Part shown: one piece after another, positions 39,654 through 49,521 of the stretch
Layout of the letters: every line of letters starts with the position of its first letter
Position numbering within the stretch: the first letter of the stretch is position 1
Position numbers and translations under genes: made by a program
Assembly: GCA_021786105.1 (NCBI GenBank)
Contig: JAJYNW010000026.1
Location: 3,481 to 67,480, forward strand
Origin: a bacterium
Lineage (GTDB): Bacteria > Patescibacteriota > Microgenomatia > Daviesbacterales > UBA10151
DNA: 64,000 nucleotides
Direction of reading: 5' to 3'
The notes under the pieces: generated by a model
What the model saw: the letters and a program-made list of their open reading frames with translations, nothing else
What the model was told of the DNA's origin: nothing
The model's database searches: none

Positions 39654-41549
39654 TTGACTCATACTATCGCAATGGGAAAAATAATTGCTTATTTGCATAA
39701 TCGGAAAGTTGCTACTTCAGCCGCAAGCTGGCTTGTGCTTATTCTTACAATTTTTCTCGGATACCTCGGGGTTGAATTAAAATATCTGATTCCGGTTTAT
39801 CTTACCGGCATAATTGTTGGCGGATTTTTCTTTGGCAGAGAAGCGGTTGAAAAGCTCTTCAAGGGAAAAGTTGGCATTGAACTTTTGATGTCAGTGGGTA
39901 TTGTTGGTGCTGCTGCATTAGGAGAATGGCGGGAGTCTCTCCTTCTGGTCGGTCTTTACTCTATCTCAGAAGCTATCGAAAGTTTCATTTCTGATAAAAC
40001 CAGAAATGCTATTCGGTCTCTCATGGATTTAGTGCCTAAGAAGGCGTTAGTAAAGCAAAACGGAAAAACAGAGTATATTTTGGCAGAAAGGCTTCAAGTT
40101 GGCGATATTTTTATTGTCAAAGCCGGTGAGTCAATTGCTACCGATGGTTTTATTTATATAGGTGGTGCTTCTATCAATCAAGCTGCAGTAACTGGTGAGT
40201 CCATCCCTATATTTAAAAAGGAGGGTGAGCCGGTGTTTGCTGGGACTTTGAACGAAGATGGTTATATCGAAGTCAAAGCCACTAAGAAGTTTTCGGAAAA
40301 TACTATCTCCAAGATTATTCGTCTGGTTGAAGAGGCGCAGGAGAGTAAAGGCAAGAGACAGCAGATGGTGGAAAAGTTCGCTTATACATTTTCTCCAATA
40401 GTCTTGGGAGTTTCTATTATTATGCCTTTCGGTCTCCTTCTCTTAGGTTTCCCCTTACCTGATGCTTTGGTGAGAGCAGTCACCTTTGTAGTTGCCGCCT
40501 CTCCTTGTGCCTTTGCGGTATCCGTACCAGTGGCGTTTGCAGCAGCGATAGGAACTTCTGCGAAAAATGGAGTTTTGGTAAAAGGCGGGGTCTATTTAGA
40601 GGAGTTGGCCGATACTAAGATGGTTGCTTTTGACAAAACCGGCACTCTCACGACAGGCAAACCAGTAGTAACAGATACCCTTCCTCTTAATAAGCTAACC
40701 CATAAAAGGTTTTTGCAAATTGCTGGTGGACTGGCTGCCAATTCATCGCATCCTTTGAGCCGAGCGGTTCAAGCAGCACTGCAACAAGAAGAGATAAAAC
40801 CATTAACTGCCACCAATTATCATACAATGGCCGGTGAAGGCGTCAGAGGAGATATAGACGGAAAGACAATTTATCTTGGCAGTCCTAATTTATTCGAAAG
40901 ATTAGGACATACTATAGCGGAGATAAAAGAACTTGAGCAATTCTCTTCTGAAGGTAAAACTGTTGTATTTGCAGGCACAAAAGCAAAACTGCTAGGGTTA
41001 GTTGCTATTGCGGATTCTCCTAGAATTGAAGCAAAAGAAACAATTGGAAAACTTAAAGAGTTAGAAGTTCAAAATGTCATGCTCACGGGTGATCATGAAT
41101 TAGTAGGAAAAAGCATTGGAAAAGAATTGGGAGTGGATAAGATTATTGCCGAGCTGAAACCAGACCAAAAGGTAGAGAAAATTAAAGAATTAAAAAATAA
41201 ATACCAGCATATAGCTATGATTGGTGATGGGATCAACGATGCACCAGCACTAGCCGAATCATCAGTTGGTCTTGCTATGGGAACTGCCGGAACAGATGCC
41301 GCACTTGAGGCTGCGGATGTAGCGATTATGGGCGATGACTTGACTAAAATCCCTTATGCCATTCGGCTCTCCCGATATGCCAAAAAGATAGTTTTCCAAA
41401 ACCTAATTTTTTCAACAGTTCTTCAAGGGGTTGCAATGGTGTTAGCAATCTTCATGCTTTTATCAGTAAGTCAGATATTATTTATTGATGAGTTCGGCGA
41501 AGTGTTAGTTGTCTTAAACGGACTTCGCCTACTCAATGGGAAAGTATAA
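39654..41549 (+). CDS. P1B-type heavy-metal ATPase, SPC motif (P1B-4-like, Co/Zn/Cd class), no HMA domain
   Basis: ASPCAFAVSVP, DKTGTLT, MIGDGINDAPAL motifs. Confidence 0.85.
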   Translation: MTHTIAMGKIIAYLHNRKVATSAASWLVLILTIFLGYLGVELKYLIPVYLTGIIVGGFFFGREAVEKLFKGKVGIELLMSVGIVGAAALGEWRESLLLVGLYSISEAIESFISDKTRNAIRSLMDLVPKKALVKQNGKTEYILAERLQVGDIFIVKAGESIATDGFIYIGGASINQAAVTGESIPIFKKEGEPVFAGTLNEDGYIEVKATKKFSENTISKIIRLVEEAQESKGKRQQMVEKFAYTFSPIVLGVSIIMPFGLLLLGFPLPDALVRAVTFVVAASPCAFAVSVPVAFAAAIGTSAKNGVLVKGGVYLEELADTKMVAFDKTGTLTTGKPVVTDTLPLNKLTHKRFLQIAGGLAANSSHPLSRAVQAALQQEEIKPLTATNYHTMAGEGVRGDIDGKTIYLGSPNLFERLGHTIAEIKELEQFSSEGKTVVFAGTKAKLLGLVAIADSPRIEAKETIGKLKELEVQNVMLTGDHELVGKSIGKELGVDKIIAELKPDQKVEKIKELKNKYQHIAMIGDGINDAPALAESSVGLAMGTAGTDAALEAADVAIMGDDLTKIPYAIRLSRYAKKIVFQNLIFSTVLQGVAMVLAIFMLLSVSQILFIDEFGEVLVVLNGLRLLNGKV

Positions 41550-41571
41550 ATTTGGATGGGAGGTGATAAAC

Positions 41572-41775
41572 ATGATTAAACAAGCGATTAAATATTGGTC
41601 AGAGCATGTTATTTTATCGAGCCTCTCTCACGCTCTGGGAGGATTTGGGGCAGCACTATTGTTGCAACATTATCTAGTTGGCAATGCCTTTTTACCAACG
41701 ATCGTTGGGTGGGTAGCTCTTGGTTTTACGGCAGTTACTCACTTCTTTGCTTATACGAGTAGCAACGGCCGTTAA
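41572..41775 (+). CDS. Small membrane protein
   Basis: ATG after GGGAGGTGATAAAC; two TM segments. Confidence 0.4.
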   Translation: MIKQAIKYWSEHVILSSLSHALGGFGAALLLQHYLVGNAFLPTIVGWVALGFTAVTHFFAYTSSNGR

Positions 41776-41827
41776 GTGAAAGATTTATAATTTTATTTAG
41801 ATCTGCTTACAAAGCAGGAAGAAGTTT

Positions 41828-42766
41828 ATGGCGCTAATGGATGAATTAAAAATAAACCCTCAAGTCGAGGTTGAGAAGATAGAAAAATTTATCTCAACAC
41901 AGCTTGAAGATTTAGGGAAAGATGGAGTTGTTCTAGGGTTAAGTGGAGGATTGGATTCTTCTGTCTGTGCCTATCTATGCACACGGGTATTGAGCAAAGA
42001 TAAAATCTTTACCCTTATTTTACCCGAGAAGGACAACAACCCGCTCAACATGGAGCACGCCGAACTCATCTCAAAAACCTTGCGGTTGACAACAAAAACT
42101 ATAAATCTTACATCCTTCCTTGAACAAATCGGGGTTTACCAGCTTTTTACAGACGAAGAAAGAGGCAATAGAGAAAAAGTGGAAAAGTTGATAAAAGGCC
42201 TGACGAAAGTGCTCAAAACGCCCTCTCTCTACACCACTGGTATGTCTTTTCAGTACGGCGGAAGATTTGGGTTAAAAGAAAAAATAGAAAGAAAGTTTTT
42301 ACTACCCTACTCGAAGAAATTTTTAGCCCTTACTTATGCTAAGGTACGCTTAAGGATGCTGCTTTTATATTATTACGCAGCCCTCAATAACTACTTAGTC
42401 ATAGGAACAACCGACAAGACTGAGTGGACAGTCGGGTTTTATGATAAATACGGAGATGGGGCGAATGATATTACCCTCCTTCGCCATCTTTACAAGACTC
42501 AGATCAGACAGCTTGCCTCTTACTTAGGCGTTCCCAAAGAAATTATCCAAAAACCGTCTTCTGGCGATTTGATAGCGAAGTTACCTAACGAAGTTATCAT
42601 GGGATTTTCTTATGAACAACTTGATCAAATTCTTTACGGCCTAGAAAGGGGTATGCAAGATAAAAATATAGCCAAGGAGGTGGGTGTCGATATACGGTCA
42701 ATCCAAGCTATTAAAACAGCAATTATCATGGAGCAAATTAAACGAAAGATGCCCAGACATCTCTAA
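41828..42766 (+). CDS. PP-loop ATPase, NAD+ synthetase (NadE)-like
   Basis: VLGLSGGLDSSV PP-loop with NadE-like context. Confidence 0.6.
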   Translation: MALMDELKINPQVEVEKIEKFISTQLEDLGKDGVVLGLSGGLDSSVCAYLCTRVLSKDKIFTLILPEKDNNPLNMEHAELISKTLRLTTKTINLTSFLEQIGVYQLFTDEERGNREKVEKLIKGLTKVLKTPSLYTTGMSFQYGGRFGLKEKIERKFLLPYSKKFLALTYAKVRLRMLLLYYYAALNNYLVIGTTDKTEWTVGFYDKYGDGANDITLLRHLYKTQIRQLASYLGVPKEIIQKPSSGDLIAKLPNEVIMGFSYEQLDQILYGLERGMQDKNIAKEVGVDIRSIQAIKTAIIMEQIKRKMPRHL

Positions 42767-42786
42767 CATTTTGGGGAACAAAAACT

Positions 42787-43065
42787 ATGTCAAATAAAAT
42801 ACAGGTCAAAAAGCGTGACGGATCACTTGAAGATTTTGATCAAACAAAAATAGCAAGGGTGGTAACTGTTGCTGGATTAACGCACGAACAAGGACAGAAG
42901 CTTGCGGCAGAAATAACTAATTGGGCACAAACCAATTCAAACTCATTTATAACTTCGTTCCAGATTAGAGATAAGGTGATCGAAGAATTACGCAAACTTA
43001 ACCCAAACGCTGCTAATCTTTATGCATGGTACGAAAAAACTAAGGGGGAAAAGTTACATGAGTGA
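42787..43065 (+). CDS. ATP-cone domain protein
   Basis: VKKRDGSLEDFDQTKI ATP-cone start pattern. Confidence 0.45.
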   Translation: MSNKIQVKKRDGSLEDFDQTKIARVVTVAGLTHEQGQKLAAEITNWAQTNSNSFITSFQIRDKVIEELRKLNPNAANLYAWYEKTKGEKLHE

Positions 43066-43339
43066 CTTACAGCTCAAAGACCCTAAAAAACCGTCTGGAC
43101 CTGTTATAGTGCGTGGCTATAAAGTCTATGTAGACAGGAACATCTGCATAGGAGCAGCTACCTGTATTGCCGTTGCCCCCAAAACCTTTGCTCTCGACGA
43201 TGAGGCAAAAGCAGTCATTTTAGATACTGCCGATCAAGAAACTATAGAAACGATAATTATGGCTGCGCAATCTTGCCCTGTAAAAGCAATAATCATCGAA
43301 GATGAGAAGGGACAAAGGGTTTTTCCCGAAATTAAGTAG
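43058..43339 (+). CDS. Ferredoxin (4Fe-4S)
   Basis: CIGAATCIAVAP...CP cluster-binding cysteines; ATG after TAAGGGGGAA. Confidence 0.6.
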   Translation: MSDLQLKDPKKPSGPVIVRGYKVYVDRNICIGAATCIAVAPKTFALDDEAKAVILDTADQETIETIIMAAQSCPVKAIIIEDEKGQRVFPEIK

Positions 43340-43479
43340 TATTACCGATCAATTGTTGGCAGTAAAACGTTTTCTGCTCTTTTGCTTGTACCTATAATCG
43401 GCAGTTAACTTCGATAAACTTTCTGTTGATATTCTATATTCTGCTTACACATAACGTCATTTTTTGATAAAATGAAATT

Positions 43480-44379
43480 ATGAGCGGATCGCATGAGCCA
43501 CCTACCAATTTAGACAATAAATTTAAGATTGGCCTTGTTTTAAATACTAGCTTTACTATTTTTGAATTCATCATGGGGTTTGTATCAGGAAGTTTAGCAC
43601 TAGTATCTGATGCTTCTCATAATTTGACTGATTCACTCTCATTGGTAATTGCCTTTTTGGCAAATAAAGTTTCCCGGCGTTCGGCAAACATTGACAAAAC
43701 CTACGGTTATGGCAGGGTAACTATTTTGGCAGCGCTTATCAATGCATTAATCCTTTTTGCTCTTGCCTTTTATATTTTTTATGAGGCGTACCAGCGGATT
43801 CTAAAACCTGAGCCGGTTGAGGGAGGGATTGTAATGATTGTAGCTTTTGTAGGAACTATCATCAATGGAGCAATTGCCTTTACTTTCTTCAAAAATAGGG
43901 ATGAGTTAAATACTAGAGCAGCTTTTTTAAGCATGGCCTTTGATACTTTGGCTTCAGTTGGCGCACTTCTGGCAGGGTTTATTATTGTTTTGACCGGCAA
44001 GACATTTGTTGATCCATTCATTAGTATTCTGATTGGTATCATGTTGGTCTTTAGCGCCTGGGGTGTAGTCAAAGATGGATTGCATGTCCTACTAGACGGA
44101 GTCCCTGAAGGTATTGATACTGGAAAAGTCAAACAGGCAATTTTAAATATCCCAAACGTTAAAGATCTTGATGATTTACATATTTGGGCAATTTCTTCAA
44201 CTTCTGCCGCCTTGAGTTGCCATTTGGTGATAAAAGAGTGTTCTCTTGCCGAAAGTCTGAGGATAAAGGAAGAGGTTAAAGAAATGTTATCTAGGCAGTT
44301 TCATATAGACCACGCAACGATTGAGATTGAACTAATAGAAGGCCCGCATCACAACGAAAGAACTGATGAGGGTATGTAG
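43480..44379 (+). CDS. Cation diffusion facilitator transporter (CzcD-like)
   Basis: SDASHNLTDSLS motif, 6 TM, C-terminal cytoplasmic domain with His. Confidence 0.85.
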   Translation: MSGSHEPPTNLDNKFKIGLVLNTSFTIFEFIMGFVSGSLALVSDASHNLTDSLSLVIAFLANKVSRRSANIDKTYGYGRVTILAALINALILFALAFYIFYEAYQRILKPEPVEGGIVMIVAFVGTIINGAIAFTFFKNRDELNTRAAFLSMAFDTLASVGALLAGFIIVLTGKTFVDPFISILIGIMLVFSAWGVVKDGLHVLLDGVPEGIDTGKVKQAILNIPNVKDLDDLHIWAISSTSAALSCHLVIKECSLAESLRIKEEVKEMLSRQFHIDHATIEIELIEGPHHNERTDEGM

Positions 44380-44381
44380 AT

Positions 44382-45164
44382 ATGAAAAATTTATTTTCTG
44401 GAAAATGGTTTATTGCTATAAAGGTGCTTCCATGGGTTGTAGGGATTATTCTCCTCAAGCTAGTACTTGATAAATTTGGTTTGGAGCCGTTATCTTTAAG
44501 CCCGCTTTTTAATAGTATCATTGCAGCTAATGTATTTTTGTTAGGATTTCTGCTTGCCGGAACACTGGCTGATTACAAAGAGAGCGAGCGTTTACCAGGA
44601 GAATTGGCAGCCAGTATTGAAACACTGTATGACGAATTTGAAATTACCTACAAGAATAAAAAATCACCTGTTGCTAAAAACGCCATCGCTCTTTTGGGTG
44701 ATTTTAATACCTTGCTTATCAACTGGTTTTATAAAAAAGAACGGACAAAAACGCTGATGGATAAAATATGCCGCTTTAATGATCTTTTTCTTGACCTTGA
44801 ACGCCTCACCCAGCCGAACTTTATTGCCAGACTCAAACAGGAGCAACACAACATTCGTCGCAATCTAATCCGCATACATACAATCAGAGAGACATCATTT
44901 GTTGCGGCTGGTTATGCAGTTGCCGAAATTACGACGGGGCTTCTTATTCTTGGATTTCTTTTTGCCAAAATTGAACCATTCTATGAATCACTTTTCTTTG
45001 TTGGGGCGACAACTTTTTTGATGATTTATATGATTGCGCTTATTAAAGATTTGGATAATCCGTTCGATCACTATACAGACGGAAAAGAGACAACCGTTGT
45101 TTCATTGAAACCCTTGAAAGATGTAGAAGAAAGAATAAAAGAGGAGTTAAAAAGGATAAAATAA
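44382..45164 (+). CDS. Hypothetical membrane protein
   Basis: 4 TM helices; tightly coupled to the CDF gene. Confidence 0.5.
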   Translation: MKNLFSGKWFIAIKVLPWVVGIILLKLVLDKFGLEPLSLSPLFNSIIAANVFLLGFLLAGTLADYKESERLPGELAASIETLYDEFEITYKNKKSPVAKNAIALLGDFNTLLINWFYKKERTKTLMDKICRFNDLFLDLERLTQPNFIARLKQEQHNIRRNLIRIHTIRETSFVAAGYAVAEITTGLLILGFLFAKIEPFYESLFFVGATTFLMIYMIALIKDLDNPFDHYTDGKETTVVSLKPLKDVEERIKEELKRIK

Positions 45165-45174
45165 AGGTGTTCTT

Positions 45175-45552
45175 ATGAAACCTGTAGTCCACGGTGAACT
45201 GGAAATACAAATCCTAAAAATCATCTGGGAGAAAAAAGACTGTTCTCCAAGAGAAGTGTTGGATGAAATTCAGAAAGAAAGGGATATAGCGCTCACCACA
45301 ATATCAACGGTCTTAGGGCGTCTTCATACCAAAAGAGTTTTAATTCGTAAAAAAACCAAGGGGCGAGTGCGTTACTCACCTAAACTTTCCAAAGAAGCCT
45401 ATGGTGCCAATACCGTAAAAGAATTTGTGGGTAGCCTGGTAGATTCTTTTGGAAACACAGCGATTACCTCTTTTGCTAAGGGAGTGAAAGGACTACCAGA
45501 TGACCAATTGAAAAAGTTAATTTATTTACTCAGAAAGTATGAAAATAAATAA
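45175..45552 (+). CDS. BlaI/MecI/CopY-family transcriptional repressor
   Basis: ELEIQILKIIWEK...TISTVLGRLHTKRVL winged helix of penicillinase-repressor family. Confidence 0.8.
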   Translation: MKPVVHGELEIQILKIIWEKKDCSPREVLDEIQKERDIALTTISTVLGRLHTKRVLIRKKTKGRVRYSPKLSKEAYGANTVKEFVGSLVDSFGNTAITSFAKGVKGLPDDQLKKLIYLLRKYENK

Positions 45553-46420
45553 AAACAGTATTGTCTTGAGTTCTTTATTTGTTGGGTTACTTTTCTATTT
45601 TTTGTTCCAAGCAACCCAAATCGCCTCTTTGATTTTAGGAAAGAATGTCTTGATATGTAACTCCTGTCTCCAAACAATCCCCACAATTCTTTTATATTCA
45701 GTCACATCTCTGTTAGGGTTATCCTTAGTTTGTTTTTTATTCGGTCTGGCAAAGACAGTTCATTTTAGGAAAAAACTCTACTTGATTAGCGCTCATTCTC
45801 GCTCTCTTAAGATGATAGAAAAGGAGCATTTACTGGACAGGAAAATAATCGTTTTTTCGCACAAAGACCCGTTAGCTTTTTGCTTGGGAATACTCAAGCC
45901 AAAGATTTATCTTTCTACCAAACTACTTAAAATAATGAACTCATCGGAGCTGGAGGCGGTAATTCTTCACGAAAAACAACATCTACAGGGAAATGACAAC
46001 TTGTTTCTAGTCCTGCCGACTCTACTCAAGACCACCTTCTTTTTCCTGCCGATATTTAGTGACATAGCCCAGAGATTTGAAGTTCAAAAGGAAATTAGAG
46101 CCGATCAAAATGCGATTAAAGAAATTGGTGACAAAAGTGTCCTTATTTCTGCTTTACAAAAAATTCTTTTTACATCTCAGCCCAACTTGGCTTTTGCCAA
46201 TTATTTTTCCAAATTTACTAGCCTTGAGGTAAGAATAAACAGTTTGTTGGGAGAAAGAACAAACCGCCGCCTCATCAGCCTAAATAATCTGGTTATCAGT
46301 TTTGGAATGCTACTTCTGATTGCGACCGTTATCCTTAATAGGGTCGAAATCCACTCCCAGCTTGCCAACTCAGCGCTTCTTTGTCTGGACAAAGGAAATT
46401 GCCAAGGCGCCTGCTACTAA
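45539..46420 (+). CDS. BlaR1/MecR1-like M56 peptidase-family membrane sensor with Cys-rich C-terminus
   Basis: HEKQHLQGND HExxH in M56 context, 4 TM, C-terminal CLDKGNCQGACY. Confidence 0.7.
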   Translation: MKINKNSIVLSSLFVGLLFYFLFQATQIASLILGKNVLICNSCLQTIPTILLYSVTSLLGLSLVCFLFGLAKTVHFRKKLYLISAHSRSLKMIEKEHLLDRKIIVFSHKDPLAFCLGILKPKIYLSTKLLKIMNSSELEAVILHEKQHLQGNDNLFLVLPTLLKTTFFFLPIFSDIAQRFEVQKEIRADQNAIKEIGDKSVLISALQKILFTSQPNLAFANYFSKFTSLEVRINSLLGERTNRRLISLNNLVISFGMLLLIATVILNRVEIHSQLANSALLCLDKGNCQGACY

Positions 46421-46509
46421 ATTCTGCCTACAAAAACCTATTGACTTTTTATCCACTAATTTTCTACAATATGTAGAAGACATTAAAATTTAGAGGTTTA
46501 ATTAATCTT

Positions 46510-47238
46510 ATGAAAAACACCAATAATCTCCTTGTCGCTTTACTTATAATAGTCATTGCATTCTCAGGCTATTTATTTTGGAAGGTTCAGAAACTTGAGC
46601 AAAAGGTCGGCTCTGACAACCAGGCAGCCCAAGTTAAAAGAGAACAGCAGGCAAAAGAAGCTCCGCCACAACCTACACAAAACCTTGACGCTGTACCACC
46701 AGTAACAGATAAAGACCATATCTTAGGAAGTAAAAATGCCGATGTGGTTTTAGTGGAGTATTCTGACTTTGAATGCCCCTTTTGCAAGCGCTTCCATCCC
46801 ACCATGCAACAGGTGGTAAAAGAATACGGCAGTAAAGTCGCCTGGGTATACCGCCAGTATCCTTTAGGCTTCCACGCCAATGCCCAAAAAGAGGCTGAGG
46901 CTTCTGAATGTGCCGCCGAACAAGGTGGTAATGAGGCTTTCTGGAAGTATTCCGACAAAATCATGGAGAGGACTACTTCAAACGGCACAGGTTTTGCTCT
47001 TGATAAGCTTGCGCCACTGGCTACTGAAATTGGACTAGATGCCAATAAATTTAAACAGTGTCTTGATAGTGGCAAGTATACCCAACATATTAAAGACGAT
47101 ATGGCTGGCGGTCAAAAAGCTGGCATTCAGGGAACTCCAGGCACGGTTATCATAGGCAAGAATGGTAAGAAAGAATTTATTGGCGGAGCGCTCCCCTTTG
47201 AACAAATTAAGCCATTGATAGATAAAGTACTGGAGTAA
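46510..47238 (+). CDS. DsbA-like thiol:disulfide oxidoreductase (signal-anchored)
   Basis: EYSDFECPFCKRFHP CxxC in thioredoxin fold. Confidence 0.75.
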   Translation: MKNTNNLLVALLIIVIAFSGYLFWKVQKLEQKVGSDNQAAQVKREQQAKEAPPQPTQNLDAVPPVTDKDHILGSKNADVVLVEYSDFECPFCKRFHPTMQQVVKEYGSKVAWVYRQYPLGFHANAQKEAEASECAAEQGGNEAFWKYSDKIMERTTSNGTGFALDKLAPLATEIGLDANKFKQCLDSGKYTQHIKDDMAGGQKAGIQGTPGTVIIGKNGKKEFIGGALPFEQIKPLIDKVLE

Positions 47239-47261
47239 GTTGAGACATATGACTAATAAAT

Positions 47262-48473
47262 ATGAACATAAACAAACTTCGTCAAGATTTCCCCTTTTTC
47301 CAAAAGACTCTTAACAGGAAACCCATAATTTACTTTGACAATGCCTGCCAGAGCCTTCGACCCCAATCTGTCATAGACGCTGTTGTTAATTACTACCAGG
47401 ATTATCCTGCTTGTGGCGGGAGGAGCATGCACCGTTTAGCTGCCAAAGTTACTCAGAAGTGCGATGAGGCAAGAAGTATTATTGCCAGGTTTGTCGGCGC
47501 TAAGCGTAAAGAGGAGATTATTTTTACCCGCAATACTACGGAAGGGATAAATCTTGTTGCTCATTCGCTAGGACTTCAAAAAGGCGATATTGTGGTTACC
47601 TCTGATAAGGAACATAATTCTAATCTCATCCCCTGGCAAATCTTAGCTAAAAAAATCGGCATTATTCACAAAATAATTCCTTCACGAGAAGAGAACATCT
47701 TTGGCCTTGAAGGATTTAAAAAAGTGATGAATGAAGAGGTAAAACTTGTATCCTTGGGCTTTACTTCCAACTTAGACGGAGTAACCATTCCTGCTTCCGA
47801 AATAATAAAAATTGCCCATCAGTTCGGTGTTTTGGTTCTTCTTGATGTTGCCCAAACCGCTCCACATCATAAGATTGATGTCACTGCACTTGATGTTGAC
47901 TTCCTCGCTTTTTCTGGACATAAAATGCTTGGACCTTCTGGAACTGGTGTTCTTTATGGCAAATATCATCTTTTGGAGAAACTTGAGCCATTTTTGGTAG
48001 GAGGAGATACGGTGGTGTCTTCTACCTATGATTCTCATAAACTACTCCCTCCTCCTGAAAAATTTGAGGCAGGGTTACAAGATTACGCTGGGATTATCGG
48101 GTTGGGAGAGGCGGTTAGATATTTGGAAAAGGTCGGGTTTGAGAATATTACCGAGCAAGAACACACGCTCAATAAGTTTATTAGTAATGAAATTGTAAAT
48201 ATTCCTCATCTTCATATTATTGGACCCGAAGACCCAAGTAAACGAGGTGGTATTGTCTCCTTTTATATCGAGGGAGTAGACTCTCATCAGGTTGCCCTAA
48301 TGCTTGATGAGTCTGCTAATATTATGGTTCGTTCTGGTCAGCACTGCGTTCATTCCTGGTTTGCTAGTAAGAAAATTGCTGGTTCTGTCCGTGCGTCGCT
48401 GTATTTTTATAACACCCAAGAGGAGGCGGAAATCTTTGTTAATCAGTTGAAGAAAGTTATACGGGTATTGTAG
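47262..48473 (+). CDS. Cysteine desulfurase (SufS/class V aminotransferase-like)
   Basis: FSGHKMLGPSGTGVLYG PLP-lysine motif and C-terminal catalytic Cys region (SGQHCV). Confidence 0.85.
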   Translation: MNINKLRQDFPFFQKTLNRKPIIYFDNACQSLRPQSVIDAVVNYYQDYPACGGRSMHRLAAKVTQKCDEARSIIARFVGAKRKEEIIFTRNTTEGINLVAHSLGLQKGDIVVTSDKEHNSNLIPWQILAKKIGIIHKIIPSREENIFGLEGFKKVMNEEVKLVSLGFTSNLDGVTIPASEIIKIAHQFGVLVLLDVAQTAPHHKIDVTALDVDFLAFSGHKMLGPSGTGVLYGKYHLLEKLEPFLVGGDTVVSSTYDSHKLLPPPEKFEAGLQDYAGIIGLGEAVRYLEKVGFENITEQEHTLNKFISNEIVNIPHLHIIGPEDPSKRGGIVSFYIEGVDSHQVALMLDESANIMVRSGQHCVHSWFASKKIAGSVRASLYFYNTQEEAEIFVNQLKKVIRVL

Positions 48474-48476
48474 CTT

Positions 48477-49409
48477 ATGTTTTGTTTATTAGCTCTTATC
48501 GTTTTATCAATTTTAGGCATATTTAGTGCTACCCATAGACAGCTTGCCAAAGAAGCCTTCGACTGTGTATTTCGACGGATTACTTTCCGCCCTTGTACGA
48601 CGGGATTTAAAGAGAAGATGAAGGCAAAACTTACAGGAAAGATTCTCAATCGTTCACCTTTTGTAGCCCGTTTTCTGAACAGACACTTTGAACTTGTCTC
48701 CTGGGTATTTTTTATCCTCATGGTTGCAAGTACCTTTTGGACAGTTAAGGGTGCTTATAACTTTTATCTTTATGGAAGCTGTAATGGTTTAAATGAAACT
48801 GGTTTTTGTGCTTTTGATCCATCGGGTGAGAATAATAAGGTGTCACAGATTGCCACATCGTGTAGCTTAGAAAAACCCTCTGAAAAAGATTTGACATTAA
48901 ACGGTGTTGATCTTAGCATTTTCCCTATTAGGAATCCTGATGCCAAAGATAAAATTATTTTTATTGGCTGTTACGGCTGTGACTATACCCGCAAGGCTTA
49001 CCCTTTGATACAGAAACTTATTGCTAACAATGAAGTTAGTTTCATCTTTGCCCATTTCCCTGTAAAGGACGAGACTAACTTCCTCTCTGAATATGGCTAT
49101 TGTGCCTATAAGCAGGATCAGGAGAGATTCTGGCAGTTCAATGATGCTTTGTTTGCCTCGGATAAGCAAAATTTAGGAAATAAAAATTATGTGGACGGTT
49201 TAGCTTCAAAGATCGGTTATAACTTGACTACGATCGATAGATGTATAGATAGCCAGGAAACTAAAGAGGCCGTGGAAAGACAGTTTCAGGAGATAAGCAA
49301 AACCCATGTTTATGGAACTCCAACCGTGTTTATAAATGGTAAAGTGCTGGTCGGACCGAAGCCCTACCGAGTTTATGAAAGAGCCTTAAAGGGTTGGCGG
49401 TTTTGGTGA
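48477..49409 (+). CDS. Membrane-anchored thioredoxin-fold (DsbA-like) protein
   Basis: N-terminal TM pair with Cys residues; FIGCYGCDY CxxC thioredoxin-like domain. Confidence 0.55.
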   Translation: MFCLLALIVLSILGIFSATHRQLAKEAFDCVFRRITFRPCTTGFKEKMKAKLTGKILNRSPFVARFLNRHFELVSWVFFILMVASTFWTVKGAYNFYLYGSCNGLNETGFCAFDPSGENNKVSQIATSCSLEKPSEKDLTLNGVDLSIFPIRNPDAKDKIIFIGCYGCDYTRKAYPLIQKLIANNEVSFIFAHFPVKDETNFLSEYGYCAYKQDQERFWQFNDALFASDKQNLGNKNYVDGLASKIGYNLTTIDRCIDSQETKEAVERQFQEISKTHVYGTPTVFINGKVLVGPKPYRVYERALKGWRFW

Positions 49410-49521
49410 TTTTAGCAGATGACAATTTTTGACATGATTTTTAGATTTTAGAGAACCGGTAAATATAAAAACTACCATAAACCATAGATTCCTCAATGTT
49501 TTTTAGGTAAAATGTAAACAT